A stretch of 64,000 nt of DNA from Callorhinchus milii (Eukaryota). The stretch spans positions 82,400,001-82,464,000 of the forward strand of contig NW_024704742.1 in assembly GCF_018977255.1 (NCBI RefSeq), given 5' to 3'. The notes beneath the pieces were generated by a model. That model was given only the letters and a program-made list of their open reading frames with translations. It was not told the origin of the DNA and did no database searches. Positions within the stretch are counted from its first letter, which is position 1. Each line of letters opens with the position of its first letter. Positions 63,061 to 64,000 of the stretch are shown here, one piece after another. A program made the translations under genes and the position numbers.

Positions 63061-63340
63061 TAATAATAATAATCCTTGCATTTGATGTAGCGCTTTTCAA
63101 GACTTCTAGACGTCTCAAAGCACTTTAGAGAATATACTGTAAAGTGAATTGACTGTATACTTGTGGGCCAAACGCCGCAGCCAATTGCACACAGCAGTGT
63201 CCCACAAACAGTCGTGGATTGAGTGACCAAATTATTATTTTATTTCTTTTTTTCTTGAGGGATTATTTTCAAGCATGCAGAATAAGGAAACTTATCCAAG
63301 GTTTTGTCCTGCCGGGAATCAAACCCAGATCTCTTGATTG
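63061..63340 (-). mobile_element. tRNA SINE, short form, head truncated
   Basis: (TAA)n CCTTGCATTTG... through AAACCCAGATCTCTTG. Confidence 0.9.
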
Positions 63341-64000
63341 CTCCGAAGCTCTACCTTAAACAATGACCTGAACATCCAGACACTGAGCTATCACCCACAG
63401 CCTTCTGGCCAGAAGACAACTGTGCTACCAACCAAGCCAAATTGACAAGCTAATGAATGATTTACAATCTCTCTGAAGTCAGAACGACATTCAAGTCTGT
63501 GCAGCCCCAAATTCAATCCAGTACATTTTTTTAACCATTAATGCAGATGTGTCTCAAAAATTGTGGAGGTTTAAAAAAATTCGGATCTGTTTTACATGCT
63601 CAATTCAAAAGCCTTCTTTAGTGTTAAAGAAAGTGATAATCCCATAAAGCTGCTATTTTGTCCATATGAATAGTTTGGTAACGATTTACTGTAAGCTCTC
63701 ACAGAATCCAATGCTTTAAAAGATGTCTGATGGTTGAATTATTTTACAGGCCCTGTTAGTTCCATAAACAGTGGTGGTAGGTCATTCACAAGTATCACAC
63801 ACACATGCCAGTTTGGAAAACAATTATCGTGGTCAACATTTATCTGTAACTGAAACTGTTATGATAATGTCATTGACTGTAGATTTATGACTTCTCAATT
63901 AAAACTAAACTGGACATCTTTTAAATCTCATTTCATGGACTATGCCCTCGAACCAATTGAACCATTATCCCTGCTATGTGAGTATGTGTATCACGCTTAC

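Overview
Gene-poor, repeat-rich vertebrate genomic DNA. The repeat content (L2 and CR1 LINEs, tRNA-headed SINEs with L2-type tails, Deu-domain SINEs) points to a cartilaginous fish, probably a chimaera such as Callorhinchus; this is inference from remembered repeat families, not a database result. I cannot support any host protein-coding gene. All long ORFs are L2 reverse-transcriptase remnants, and the recurring 'MGKFPYST...' ORFs are SINE artefacts. The main biology is a SINE/LINE partnership. A tRNA-Ala-like SINE family (long and short subfamilies) shares its 3' stem-loop with L2, with compensatory base changes, and the youngest SINEs match the youngest L2 in the loop. Many insertions are nested with readable target-site duplications (TSDs), including a three-level nest at 59.1-61.0 kb. 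A probable LTR lies at the left edge, and several TE-free islands look like enhancers. I found no clearly new biological system. Boundaries of old elements are approximate.
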